A stretch of 64,000 nucleotides of DNA from Diplonema japonicum. Lineage: Eukaryota > Protista > Euglenozoa: Diplonemea. Each line of letters opens with the position of its first letter. The first letter of the stretch is position 1. The stretch covers positions 1-64,000 of the forward strand of contig OZ025660.1 in assembly GCA_964019335.1 (NCBI GenBank), written 5' to 3'. Below the pieces are notes generated by a model. It was not told where the DNA came from and ran no database searches. It saw only the letters and a program-made list of their open reading frames with translations. The position numbers and the translations under genes were made by a program. This document shows, in pieces, positions 18,864-31,804 of this stretch.

Positions 18864-20493
18864 CTGTAAAACGAAAAACCCCCGGACGGAAAAATGTCCG
18901 AGTTTTTTTGGCGTCCAGGAATTTTTCCGTCCGGGAATTTTTTTTAGGTAAGGCCGTCAGGGGGCCTGGTCCACTACCACCTACATACTGGCCTGGGCTG
19001 CAAACGGCAACCGCGCGAAGAAACCCCCAGGGTTCCCTTTCTGCATCTTTGTCCTCCCTTGCTGCCCTGAGGCAATCAACTTGTCGAGCCTTCGTGTGGC
19101 CTACTACCTTTCTTAATAGATGATTTACAGCTGCGTTCAACCCAATATCCATCGGTTGAACCATGTAGGTGAGCCCAGGGGGACAAAAGCAATGTGCACG
19201 TTTGCGCCTGCGAACAACTCTACGAACCCATAGGCATAGGTCGTGTGAGAGTTGTGGTCGCCGACAAGCAGCAGAATCGGCCCGTTCGGCAAAACCATGG
19301 GAATCGATGATTTATAGCAAAAAGGAAGAAACAGCTCCGTAACCCAGATACCGAGTATCATAATTAGCAATGATTGGGCGATGCCGTTAGGCTCCATTCG
19401 GTGGGCGGGTGCTTGACCGGGGCACGGATAATCCCTGCCGATTGCGTTTCCGCTTTGCCTTTGTATTTAACCATCCAGCCAAGGAAACAGCCAGCTGTTT
19501 GGTTATAGCCCGTTTTGTCCCCCAAGCCACGGACTTTTACGACCTTAGCACCCCTTTTTGTTTTGGTTTTTAACCCCGTATTCCAGACCAATTCCGGCCT
19601 TACTTTATGGGTGTCGATTATGGACCTGAATTCCATGGTGAAACAGCGTGCCTTCTCGTTGTCCTTCTCGTTTCCGGGCTTTCCGGAGGTGGCTTGCGGC
19701 TTTTGTCTTTCTTGCTACAAAATTTTGTCAGCCTAGCCAGTGGAAAAGGACAGTGCCCCACCAAAGTCTACCAGGTCTGTCTTTCGGGCTGGATTGGCGC
19801 ACAGCAGCCCTTCTACATAGGTGCATATTTGTTGTGCTGGGATAGGCTCACCAAGCCCGTTTACCTATCGACTCAAGCAAAAACCTTTCAGCCCCCGAAG
19901 GATGCTAAATCCTGTATTGGGCGATACGCAGCTATCACGGCGTCGTGGCGGCCAGGGTGTGGTAGGGTGGAATAGCAACGTCCAGTATTTCCGTCGAAGA
20001 AACCGGGGGCTCTGTTGAACCTGTTGCTGCCGTCTTCTGACCGAGGCAGAGGCCGCCAAGCTGCTTTCGGGGGTTTGTACTGGCCCGGTGTAAGGAGTTT
20101 ATCTCGGGGGTGAGCTGGCCGGGGGTGTCAGCACCAAAGTTGGGCCCCTCACAAGCCAGCTGCTCAACGTGCCTTGGGTAGTCGAACTGGTCAATCTGAC
20201 GAAAGAAGTACGGGTTTATGAGAAGTTAAAGATCCCGTGGGTGCTGTTTGTTGGTGCATTGAAAGGGGAAGAAAAATTCAAACTGCCACGCAGGGTGACA
20301 TTTTGGCTCTGCACAAGGAATAAAGCCCTTCCAGGCAAGTGGTGGGAGCTGCTACCCCCCCTTAAGTAAAAAAACTTCTTCTCAGAAAAACTCCCGGACG
20401 GAAAAATGTCCGGGTTTTTTTGGTCCGGGAGTTTTTCCGCCCGGGAGTTTTTCTGTCCGAGAATTTTTCCGTCCGACATTATTCGTTTTACAG
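18864..20493 (-). mobile_element. Decayed pogo-like (Tc1/mariner superfamily) DNA transposon
   Basis: TA|CTGTAAAACGAA ... TTCGTTTTACAG|TA terminal inverted repeats with TA duplication; subterminal GGACGGAAAAA repeats at both ends; broken DDE_1-like motifs PILLLVGDHNSH and VQPMDIGLN. Confidence 0.85.
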
Positions 20494-20726
20494 TATTTAA
20501 ATAAAAATTAAATAATAAAGACCACCTCGTGCATCAGGTTGTAAAAGAACGGGGTCTTGGGCGAATGGGGGTGGGGGCTTGAAGGGAAATGAAGAAAGAA
20601 CCAATATACCTCCTAGCTCCCATGTGTGCCAGATCTTCTTCATCAGTCCATGCAATCTCCTCGCTTTCTGCTGTAGAAGCAAGAGAAGCAATAAGAACCA
20701 ATTTCATAAGACACACAGAAGAAAGG

Positions 20727-23191
20727 TCACTGTCCCTCCCCCTTCAGAGCATCCAAGTATGAGACAGAAGGGCTTGCCTCCCTCCCCTCAAAGGGTAAAC
20801 AGGGATCCTTCCGCAAACCCGACAACCCATTGCTGTGACGGTGTTTCGCCTTGCGTTTCTTGAAGTGGCCTTCCGGTCTTGTGCCCACCTTTCCACAACA
20901 ACGGGACGTCTTGAAGTGCAGCAAGGGTATGTCCTCGTCAGACGAGGATGCCTTGCACACACCTTTCACCGCCACAACTGCACTAGGACAGCTGTCCGAA
21001 GAAACAAGATGAGAACAAACCTCGCCGCTATCGTCCTTCGCATCAGGGTCCGCTCCGTGCGACATGAGGAGGGACACCATTTCCCTTTCACGATGGAGAT
21101 CGGAAGTAAAGTTCTGTCGCTGCCCGTTCTTCATGACAGTCACAGAGCATGAACCCCCAATACCACATCGATTCCCGAGCTGCTTCGCCAATGTGTCTGA
21201 AACAGTGTGGAGAGGGGTCCTGCCTGCATTGTCCCTTGCATTCACGTTGGGGCGGGCAACAAGTAAGGACTCCAAGATGAAAGAGTTGCGTTCCCGAACA
21301 GCCATGTGAAGAGGCGTTCTACCCCCTTTGTCTTTTACATCCACATCGGGAGAGGCTTCTTCCAAGAGACAAACAACAAGATCTACTAAACCAGCACCGA
21401 CAAAAATGTGGAGAGGAGTCAGTCCCTTGTTGTTCCTCACGTTCACATCAGCACCACTACGCAGAATGAGGGAAGCAACGAAGGGGTTCCTGACAAGATG
21501 AAGTGCCGTGTTGCCTTCGTTGTCTTGTGCGTTCACACCGGAGGGAGCCGCAAGCATGTTTCGAACAATATCAAAACTGCCATCAAGAACAGCAAAATGG
21601 ATGGGAGTCCGTCCCTCGTTGTTCTTCAGCCCCACATCAGCACCATGACGGAGAAGGGGCGGTTTTGCCATCCATCTCAGAGACAACAGTCAACACAAAG
21701 ACAAGATGAAGTGCCGCGTTGCCTTCATTGTCTTGTGCGTTCACATCAGGAGAGGCCGCGAGAAAACTTTGCATGGCATCAAGATCAAGAGAATAAAAAA
21801 CAAAAAGATGGAGTGGGGTCTGTTTCTTCTTCTTGTTTCTCAGACTTCAGGTTAGGATGGTGCCGCAACAAACAGGGTATGATCCCAGAGGGGTCATGAG
21901 CACTTGGAACAAGATGAAGCGCCGTGTTGGCCCTCATTGTCTTGAACATCCACATCGGGAGAGGCCGCAAGCACGCTCCTAATAATGCCACCAACACCGG
22001 TAAGGACAGAATGATCATTCTTATTTTTCAGGTTCACATCCGCACCGTGCCGCAACAAGACTGCCATGTGATGATGAAAGGACGGTTCGCAGTTCAGATG
22101 ATTGGTCACTGCTACATGGCATGCTGTGTTGCCCTTCTCATCTTGTGCATTCACATCACAAGAGGCTTCGAGCAAGAGTTCAGCGATTCTTGTATTTCTA
22201 GTAAAGTGAAGAGGTGTTTCGTTTTCACAGGTTTTTGCATTCACATCCGCACCCAATGCGAGCAAAGACGAGACAACACCGATGTGGCCATGCTTCGAGG
22301 CACTGTGAAGGGGTGTCCACCTATTGCCGTCCACACAGTTGACAGCTGCACCATGTTGCAGGAGGAGGGATGCTGCTTCGGGACTCGTGACATAATGAAG
22401 GGGACGGACTCCGTTATAGTCACACAGGTTCGGATCAGCAGACTTCTCGAGAAGCAAGGCGATGATACTAATGTAGCCCTGTCGCGTTGCTATTATGAGA
22501 GGAGTATCGCCGCCATACTCATTCAGGTTCACCACTGCACCAGCCTCGAGGAACATCGAGATGATTTCGGTGTTGCCCAACTCCACAGCTTTATGGAATG
22601 GAGAGCCGTAACTGTCAGCTATGCTAACACCATTCGACAGTAGGAACTGAATCATTGCAACCTGCTGACTATTCACTGCTTCGCAGAGCGTAATGCACAT
22701 GTCTGCACCAGCAGCCAGAAGGAAATCAACACACTTAATGAAGCCCCGATGGGACATTTTGCTAACCAGGTTGAGCTTCTGACAAGCATTGCACATCCCT
22801 GCCTCCATCATCGTGGCCAGCACTTCACATAGTTTCTTGTCCAAGTCCTGCCGGCCCCAACAGTGAGGTCTGCGTCTTCTCCAGATTTGTGATCAGCGAG
22901 GGACATTACACCCTTGCCTGCCCAACCCAACTCTTTCAGATGATGAAGTGCCACCTCTTCCTTGTTCAAGACCAGCTGCAGCTCACTCTGATCCTCAAAG
23001 GGAAGATCCCCAACGAGCCTGCCGTCATTGTCACCGAACACCTCCCCTTCAAAGGAGAGGTCGAAGGCGCTGATGCACATCCCGTACTGCGACGCCACCC
23101 TTTCCTTCAAGCCCGCCAAGCTCTCCATCGGGCCTACCTCCACTTCCATCCACTCACCTCCAGGGTGTTGCACCAACAGCTCAACTGACAT
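20727..23191 (-). pseudogene. Ubiquitin-like domain plus ankyrin-repeat gene split over several frames (pseudogene, or introns/sequence errors)
   Basis: ORF 22808..23191 has a Ubl-like pattern. ORFs 21894..22844 and 20727..21686 carry many G.TPLH.A...GADVN ankyrin repeats. Non-ankyrin insert at ~21760-21900. Confidence 0.7.
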
Positions 23192-23319
23192 CTTATTCTT
23201 TTTTCCCTTTGTCTTACTTTTGTTATTATTATTATTATTACTAAACTATTTAACCAGGGGTTTCAAAGGTAGGAGTATATTCGGTTTCCTTTTTTGTTTC
23301 TAACCAAAGGCTTGTTGTG

Positions 23320-26300
23320 AAAAAAAAAAAAAAACTATTCTTTTAAGGTATGCGTTTTTGCGCTCACCGGCCGCGCTGTACTTAGTCCCCGTTGTCCCCG
23401 TTCTGGGGGCTCTGGCGGGTTCCTACTGCGGTGGTAAAACTGCGGGGCAGCCTTGTCGGGGTCTGTGACAGGTACGTGTCACGCAAGCCTTCGATGCTGC
23501 TCATGGTTCGCTCCGGGAGTACTGGCCTCCTGTCATACCCGTGTGTGGTCGGTCCTCCTATACAGCGCAGGGAGTTGACGCGATCCACTCGCGCTGCTGG
23601 GAACGCCGTCCTTCTGCCATCAGCGTGGTACAGGTCCTGGACACGTCTCAGCACATACCTCAGCCTTCTTGCCTTGACGCCCAGGTCCTCCACCTTGCCC
23701 ACTTCCCCGCCGTCGTCTAGCGGCAGCTCCGACTCCAGCTCAAGTCGAGGGCAAGCTCCAGCGTCGTAACCGTCGTGTGCCGTCCAGGGGCGTCATCCCA
23801 CAGCAAGCCACTCAGCCACTTCAGCCCCGGCCCCAGCAGCCTGTCCATCACCTTCCCCGATGCTCCCAGCCCACGTAATTCGGCCACCGTCGGCGTCGGG
23901 TGTGCTCTTCCCGTCACGACCACCCGCCACGGGTACGTCTGCGTCTGCAATGCGCGGTTCGCTTCCACCGCCGCATCCCTCAGCGTGACCACCTCCAGCA
24001 GGTACCTTTGCACCAACAGGGCCCTCGGCTTGTCTTGGCATCCCCTGGGCACTATCCCGTGGAGCGCCGTCGCGTTCGGCATGGTCGCCGGGTCGAGGCT
24101 CGCATACTCTGCCTTGCCCCGCACCGCATCTCCGAGTTCGCATCGCCAGAGGGCGTGCTCCAGCACCTCGGTGTAGCTGCCGTAACGCTCCCCACACACG
24201 TCACAGAGGTGCTGCAGCGGGTTGTCCGGCCCCTCCGCCACTCCCCGCACCGCAGGGTACACCGCAAACACTGCCCCAGCAATCAGCCTCCTCAACCTGT
24301 ACGCCGCCATCGGGTTGTTCGCGAGCGCCCTCCACCACCCGTTCGTGACCGGGTCGGCCCCCTCCGGCATGCCGCTGTAGGAGGCCCTCCCTTCTGCTTG
24401 CTCCGCTGCTGTCATGGCCCGTGCCACTTGGCGGATCTCGTGCTTGCGTTCCCGCTCGGTCGCTACTCAGCCCCTCCACAAAACTCCAGCTCTTCCCGAT
24501 CGCCGGCAGCCATCGTCTCACTAGGGTTCCCACTGGTCCCTGGGCTTCCACGTCGCTCTGCAGGTACAGGGCGGCACACCTTCCCATCCGGTCCCACAGC
24601 TCTGCATCCGACCTACCAACCTTCACCACCGTGCACAACAGTCGATAAAGCGTCACCACCAGCGGGTCCGTCGTGTGCCCCGGCAGCAAGATGTTCGCTA
24701 CAGCACACGGTGAGCGCATCTTGAACTTCGGTCCCCAGAGGCATGTCGCAACTCTCGACCGGATTGTGCCTGCATCCACTTTCGAGGGGGGGGCATACGC
24801 AACACCGTAGAGGCAAGAGGGGAGGATGGAGCTGGAGATGATCCTTGCCTTCTGTGAGAATCCCAACGGCATGGCAGCCAGCCTTCCGCACGCCCGTTCC
24901 ATTCCTACAAGGGGCTTGGCCCTGTGCTCGCCGTCCATGCAAACCTTGATGCCCAGGGCGCTGATCTCCGTCTTGGCCGCAAGCACTTCCCGCCCGCATT
25001 TCACCGACCCGGACCCTTCTGTAGAGAACATGTCCGTCTTCTTCAGGTTGAGACTCATCCCCGTTAGCAGAGAGAACTCGCCTACCCCCGCTGCCGCCTT
25101 CTCCAGTGCGCTGAGCAGAGCTGCAATCAGGTACACGTCATCTGCGTACGACAGGGAATCTGCCCCGGGCACCTCCGCCATGATCGCCCTCACCATCACC
25201 CCCACCAGCGCGTTCACCATCACCACCGAGATCGGGCACCCCTGCAAAATGCCGTTCGATGTGGCGAACTCATCACCCACCCCTGTCGGGTACTTGAACC
25301 TCCGCCTGAGGGACTCGTACATCGTCGTCAGCGGCCGCAGTATGTTCTGATGTAGCCCCAGGTCCCCCATCAGTCCAAGCGCCACCTCCCGCGGGATGCG
25401 GTCGAAGCACTTGACAAAGTCCAGTGCGAGACCGTGCATCGGTGTGCCCGACAGCAGGGCTTCCTCGAGTTGCGTCGTCAGCTCCAGCAGACCTGAAACC
25501 GTGCTGTGACGTGTGCGCCCACGACTCCTGCCAGACCAAGATGCGCCTCATCCTCGTCGTCGCCCACAGCCTGTACACAGCGCTGGTGACCGTGATCGGC
25601 CGATGGTTCAGCGGGGATCTGTCCTCACCCTTGGGTATCAGGGAGACGAGTGCCGTCAGTAGCGCCTCCGGCCATTCGCCGGTCTCCTCGATGATGTTGA
25701 AGAGCTGCGCCCACCTCTCCAGCAGCGCGTCAGGTATAGCCTTCAGCTCCGCGATCCTCCAGCCGTCCACACCCGGGGTTCCTCTCGCCGGCCTACTGTT
25801 CAGCACCTCCCTGAGGTCGCCACCCGTGATCGGTTCCAGTTCCATGGGGTGCCCGTCGACATACTTGCCATACCTCTCCTTGAAGGCAGCGTAGGAGGGC
25901 CGGTCGCTCTTGTTCGGGTACAGGTGGAAGACAGAGGCCCACGCCCCCCTCATCAGTGCGTCGATCTCCTCCAGATCTACCGTCAACCTACTGTCCTCTT
26001 TCGCAACTGCCAGTGTGTGGGCTTCCTTGTTCCCCTTGACGTACGCCACGATACGCCGTCTGTCGTCACGGAAATCAGCCGCCACCCGCTTCCTGTATCT
26101 TGCCTCGTTCTCCAGACGTTGCTGCTTCACCGTTTCCATGTCACCCTGGTCCGCCGCAGCCTCCAGCTCCTGCAGTCCCACCAGCGCGGCTTCCAGGCTG
26201 GGTCCTCGTAGGAGATCTTCGTCCGGCACGACCGCGAGGCGCATCTTCCCGGCCAGCTTCACGATGTTCTTCCACGTCCCATGCAGCATCGCCGGCAGCG

Positions 26301-26734
26301 TTCCTGGTCCACCCCGCAGCAGCGCCTCGTTCAGCCCGATCCTGAGAGCCTGAATCTTCCTCTTCAGGTTGCCGTGCATCGTCTGGTCCCGCGCGGCCGC
26401 CCCTCCTGACGTCCCAGTCGACTTCGCCGCCACCATCTTCTCCGACAGCTCCCGTGGTTCCCCCCTGCCTACGAACGGCTTCACATTCGTCACCCCGGCG
26501 GCGGACAGCATGTACCGCTCGGTTGCGCAGCTCAGCACGGTGTAGAGGCCTCCCACGTCCCTGTCGTCGGCAGCATGACGGAGCACGTCGTCGTCAGCAA
26601 GCCCTTGGTCAAGCTCAGTGTCAGGCGTTACCGCTCCCACCGGTAGTTCCCTCGGGAGGAAAAACCGCTTTGTCCGTTTCTTGAGCGTCGGTGTGAAGAG
26701 CTCAACAGAAAGGCACAGATGCTCCCCAGTCCTT
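23320..26734 (-). mobile_element. 5'-truncated, frameshifted non-LTR retrotransposon with a 3' poly(T) tail (clade undetermined)
   Basis: RT motifs PGVDGW, HRPITV, LDFVKCFD, ILQGCPIS, SYADD; CDVC..H...C knuckle; stop at 23382; 47-nt 3' UTR then T15 on the coding strand. Confidence 0.85.
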
Positions 26735-26968
26735 AAAAAAAAAAAAAAAAAAAAAAACTATTCTTTTAAGGTATGCGTTTTTGCGCTCACCGGCCGAGCT
26801 GCGCTTAGTCCCCGTTGTCCCCGTTCTGGGGGCTCTGGCGGGCTCCTACTGCAGTGGTCAAACTGCGGGGCAGCCTTGTCGGAGTCTGCGACAGGTACCT
26901 GTCCCGCAAGCCTTCGATGCTACTCACGGTTACTACATGTGAGATGGTCCCGGTTCCTTCTGAAGGGC
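26735..26968 (-). mobile_element. Short 3' fragment of the same poly(T)-tailed family
   Basis: 26758-26930 matches 23335-23507 with scattered substitutions; T23 tail on the coding strand. Confidence 0.85.
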
Positions 26969-26973
26969 TTGTG

Positions 26974-26979
26974 AAAAAA
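26974..26979 (-). terminator. Pol III terminator (T6) of tRNA-Val
   Basis: TTTTTT begins 2 nt after the discriminator base. Confidence 0.75.
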
Positions 26980-26980
26980 G

Positions 26981-27053
26981 TACACATGGTCGGGATTGAA
27001 CCGACGATCTCTCGCGTGTGGGGCGAGCGTCCTAACCACTAGACGACACGTGC
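26981..27053 (-). tRNA. trnV-CAC: tRNA-Val (CAC)
   Basis: 73-nt cloverleaf: acceptor GCACGTG/CATGTGT+A, D loop TAGTGGTTA, anticodon arm CTCGC-CCCACAC-GCGAG, T arm GTCGG-TTCAATC-CCGAC. Confidence 0.9.
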
Positions 27054-27512
27054 TGCGATTTTTTTTTTTTTTTTTTCAAAATACCAATGCAGGGCCGCCA
27101 TGGAGAGCAACACCTGAGAAAAGGGAAAAAAAAGGTGAAGGGAAACCATGGGGAAATAGGGAGGGCAATGGACCAGGCTTCTGCAAGCAGGAGGAGCCCT
27201 GGTCCCCCACCAACCCGTGCTCTGCTTTGGGACAGCCGAAGAGGGCTGAATTACATTATTCCCTCAGTCAAGTGAGAGAAAAACGGGGGCCTACCTTCCA
27301 GCTGGATGTCCTTCTTTGGCTGGAACCTCCGGCGGAAAGCCCCCCAGGGAGGTATTGCTCCTATTGAGCGAATCATTGGTGAGTGTGAAAATAAAATAAA
27401 AAGGGGAAATGGGAAACAGTGAGAGGAAGGTGAAGGAAGGGAAAGGAAGGGAAGGAAGGGAAAGGAAAGTGGAAAACACAACATTTCACTTTACACACAC
27501 GCGGGCGATCCC

Positions 27513-30500
27513 TTAGCGCAGCACGGGGGCCGCGGGACCGGCGTCAAGAGAGACCGGAGGAGGGGGCGGCACGTTTGAAGGTGCAGTGACGTCTGTAGAC
27601 GCCAGGGATGATGGCGAGGTGAACAGTCCGGAGCGTGACCAGGCGAGCAGGCCAGACTCAACAATGAGGTCGTAGATCTGGGTCACGCGTCTCGACAGGG
27701 AGAACGCTAGGGAGGGAGTACCAGCAGGAGTGTCGATCGCCCCCCTCCCGATCACAGGGCACCCACCGACAACATGCTCCCTGGACATCGGTGCTGCGTG
27801 GCAGGCTGGGCACCGGAGCACACCCTTGTGCTTCCTGTTCGGGCCAGCAGTCTGCAGGAAGCCGAAGAAGAGAGCCGAGTGACCAATCCGCAGCCGCGAG
27901 ATGACCGTTTCAGCTTGTCTGGGGAAGCCAAGGGGGAAGTGCGCAGACCGAAGCTCGGTCGCAACCGCGTAGTTGTGGGCGAGGGATGTTATGAGCTCCG
28001 CGGACCTCCGCACCACCCACCGTCGCACCAGGGCCCTCACTGATCGGTAGTCAAGGGAGGGCCTGTCCTGCTTCCGCTTCGTTCCCTCCACGGCCAGAGC
28101 GTCAGCCTTCTCGTTCCCGTCCACCCCACAGTGGGAGGGCACAAACTGGAGGACCACCGGTGTCCCCTGCGTGCGCGCCGCGGACACCAGCCGGCTCCAC
28201 GTCTGGTGGTCGAGCTTCTCCCTCTGTCGCGTTGGGCCAGCTCGCAGCTGCTCGACGAGGGAGAGGGAGTCGGTGCAGATCGACAGCGGGGACTTCGCCA
28301 GCGAAGGGTGTGTTTTTCGGAGGGTAGCCACCATATCCAGCGCCGTTTTCACAGCCATGCCCTCTGCCCGAAAAGATGAACAGAAGTCGTTGACGCCATG
28401 GCACACAGACACAGGGGTCAGGGGGGGAGGCAGCTGCAGATAAACCCCAGAGCCACCTTTCGCCTTCTGTCCGACCTGTACAACCGAGCCATCCGTGTAG
28501 GCATGGATGCCCGGGGGGAGAGCCGCAAGAGCAGCCTCGGCCGCCTTCCGCCTGTCCGCGTCTGGCGACGATCGCGTGACCCCGCCGGGGAGGTCAGTCC
28601 TGAAGTCGACCATGCCTGTCTGCCACGGGGCCGCCAGGGGCGTAGCCGACAGGTACTCGAAGTGCACCTTTGGTTCCAACCCGCATCGACGCAGTGCTTG
28701 GTAGCCAGAGCGCAGCCACCCACACCCCAGCCTGTTCGCCTGCTTCAGCTTGACCGTCTCCCTGTGAACCGGGGAAGACTGCCAGCAGAAGGCCCTCGCC
28801 GTCATCGTCGCCGCAGCACCCTCAGCCATTCTTTCGAGGGGAAGCAGTCCTGCCTCAGCTAGGAGCTTGTACCCTCCGGAGCCACTCCAGCAGCCCGTGA
28901 TCAGCACCGCCGCCTCCTGGTGAAGCCCAGCCAGGTCCTTCCTCCCGACATCATCGAGCCTGCTGTAGTAGACCCCCATGCAGTAGCGCAGCAGCGGGAG
29001 GATGTACGTAACGTAGAGAGACCGCAGAGTGTCCCTCTTGCTGCCCCAGGACGTGCCGGACAAGAGCTTCAGCACCCTCAGCCTTTTGCTGGCCCGCCGT
29101 AGGATGTCCTGTGCGTGTTCACCGAACGTGAGCCCAGAGTCCACCGTAACCCCAAGGTACCTCGCGTGTTCAGATAGAGGCAGGGGACGGGCCGCAACGT
29201 AATCCACGTCGGGCCGTCGCACGGCTGCATGCATGTCCCGCACGCAGCGGATCCGCACACCACCCGCCTCCACAACCTGAAGGCCCGCCAGCTCCTGGTC
29301 CCCGGAGATCGTGCCATCGGCGTTCACCCCCAGGCCGAAGAGTGGGTTCTGGAAGGCACCTGGCTGAAGGGGGACTCGAGACGAAGTGAAGTAGACCCCG
29401 AGACGTTTCTGGGGGGGGACGCAGACTGCCTGCGTCTTGGACGTGCTCAGCAGCATGTCACGCTCCCTGCACCAGTCCTCAACCGCATCCACCACCGCCT
29501 GCGCCTTCCGCTCCAGCCCAGCCACGTCCCCTTGTCCAGAGGAGATCACAACCGCCACGTCGTCGGCGTAGAGCACCGAGACGTCCGCCAGTCCCTCCAG
29601 TCTCCTGGCGAGTTCGTCGACGTAGATGGTGTACAGGATGGGACCCAAGACAGAGCCCTGGGGGACACCCCGTCGCACCTTCGTCGTCGACCCCCTCGAC
29701 CGTCCAATCGTGACCGCAGCAGTACGGCCGCATAGAAAGGACCGCGTCCACTCCACGAAGGGTTCGGGGAGACCCTTCCCTCGCATCTTGTCCAGCAGGG
29801 CACCATGGGGCACCAGGTCGAAGGCAGAAGAGAAGTCGAACAGCAGAGCGGCCGAGAGACGTCGATCGTCTTTGTTCCTCGACATGCACTCAGTGAGGGT
29901 TGCCACCTGCTCCTCCGTGGAGCGGCCGCGTCTGAAACCAGCCTGGCTGTCGTGGAGTCCCTCGACTCCCGTCCCGTCCGCGTCAAGAAGAAACGTGAGC
30001 CTCTCCTCGATCATCCTCTCCAGCAGCTTGCAGAGGCAGCTGGTCAGGCAGATCGGCCGGTAGGAAGCCAAGAGAGTCGCATCTTTTCCAGGTTTCGGTA
30101 CCGGGACGATCACTCCCTTCTTCCAGGCACCGGGGACGACACCCATCAGCCAGGAGCGATTGAGGAGTAGAAGGAGGACACCGAGGGAGTCCGTGTTCAG
30201 GTGTAGGAGCATCTCCGAGAAGATTCCGTCTTCCCGGCCGCGCTGCGCGTCTTCATCCTTCTCAGGCCGCGGGTGAGGTCGTCCACGGTGAAGGCTTGAC
30301 ACCCGAGTCTGCTTGCAGAAGGAGCGGCGTCCTTCGAGTTCCCGTCACCACGCCTGCCGTAGAGCTTAGCGAAGTGCGCCCCCAGCCGGTCGGCCTTCGC
30401 CTTGTCCGACACAAATCTTCCCTCGAGTACAGGAAGGTGTGTCTTTCGGTGCCTGCCGTCCAGCTTCTTCACCGCTCTGAACGCAGCCCCGAGGTCCTTG

Positions 30501-31663
30501 CTCCGGCTGAGGTCGGCCGCCATCCTTCCCCATGCCTCACGCTTCGTCTCGTCAAGGAGTCGGTTGACTTCCTTCACCTTCGCCCTGTACTCCTCCACCA
30601 CCACGTCCGCCTCTTGAAGCAGGAGTTCGCGCAGGGTGTTCCGCTCTTCGAAGGCGTCCTCGAGCTCAGCAGTCCACCAGGGGGTCGGGCCACGTCGCAT
30701 CCCACAGAGGGGAATGTGGTCGTTCGCCGCAGTCAAAAGGGCTTGTGTAAACCCCTTCGTGACAGAGTCAATCGGAGCCGCCGTGTCAACACCAGCAAGC
30801 AGGCGGGCAACAGCAGCAGTGTAGTCATCCCATCTGGCTTTTTTGAAATTCCAGGTGGGGAAGGGGCGCTCCGAACGGTAGACGTCCTCAAGAGGCAGGT
30901 GAAAGGATACGGGACTATGATCGGAGCCCCACGTGCCCAGCGTCTTCGGCTCAAGCTTCGCGCAGCGCCCCACAACCAGGTCCAGAACGTGTCGTGACGA
31001 GTCCCTCGTCGGTTCGTTGCGGTCGTTGTAGACGGAGTACCCGTGGGTGTCCAGCCAGTCCCTGACCACGTTCCCCCTCTCGTTCGGCGTCGTCACCGTG
31101 GCGTCCCAGGAGCTGTGGTGAGCATTGAAGTCACCCGCTATGACTGTGTTCTTCCCCATGGGAAGGCTGCCAGGCCGCAGGTACTCAGGGTCCCTCGTGC
31201 CTCTGCTCGCGCTTACCGGTGTAAGGTAAACGTTGGAGAGAGTGATCGGCTCACGCTTCTCGCAGGAGATCCTCACATCCAGTCTCTCAGTGACACAGTC
31301 CCCAGCCGGGAGTACGTGCGGAACCTCCTCCGAGGCAAGATCGTCGCGGACATACGTGACAATACCACCACCCCTCGTCGCAGTGCCGTCAGTCACCGGT
31401 GTCAACCGATCCCTCCTGTATGACCTGTACCCAGGCAGGTGTGGCGTGTCGTGCCCTTCCCTCAGGTGCGTCTCCTGTATCATGATGATGTCCAGCGACA
31501 AGAAGTCAGCATGGCGAGATACGACGGTCCATTTCGCAACGAGGCCGTTGCAGTTCCACGAGACAACCTTGAGACCCTTAGGCGACGGGGGCGGCAGCTT
31601 CTTGGGTGGGCCAGGGTTTGTTTCGACCAGCCCAAGCAGCCCCAACAGGTCCCTGACGGACAT
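27513..31663 (-). pseudogene. Family A ORF2 (2A-like, APE, RT, RNase H, CCHC) with one 1-bp frameshift near 30233
   Basis: TTCCCGG here versus TTCCCCGG in the intact copies (homopolymer, possibly a sequencing error); otherwise near-identical to 43680..47831. Confidence 0.9.
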
Positions 31664-31804
31664 CCTCCCGAGTAGGGTGGGGATCAGTGCAGAGAAGTCG
31701 GTGAAGAAACAGAGAGGTAGGAGTCTCCTTGGGAGGATGCGAGGGAGACTAGGAGAGGGAGCATGGTCGTGGATCTGCTGCTCCCCCTGTTCTGCGGGGC
31801 CCCT

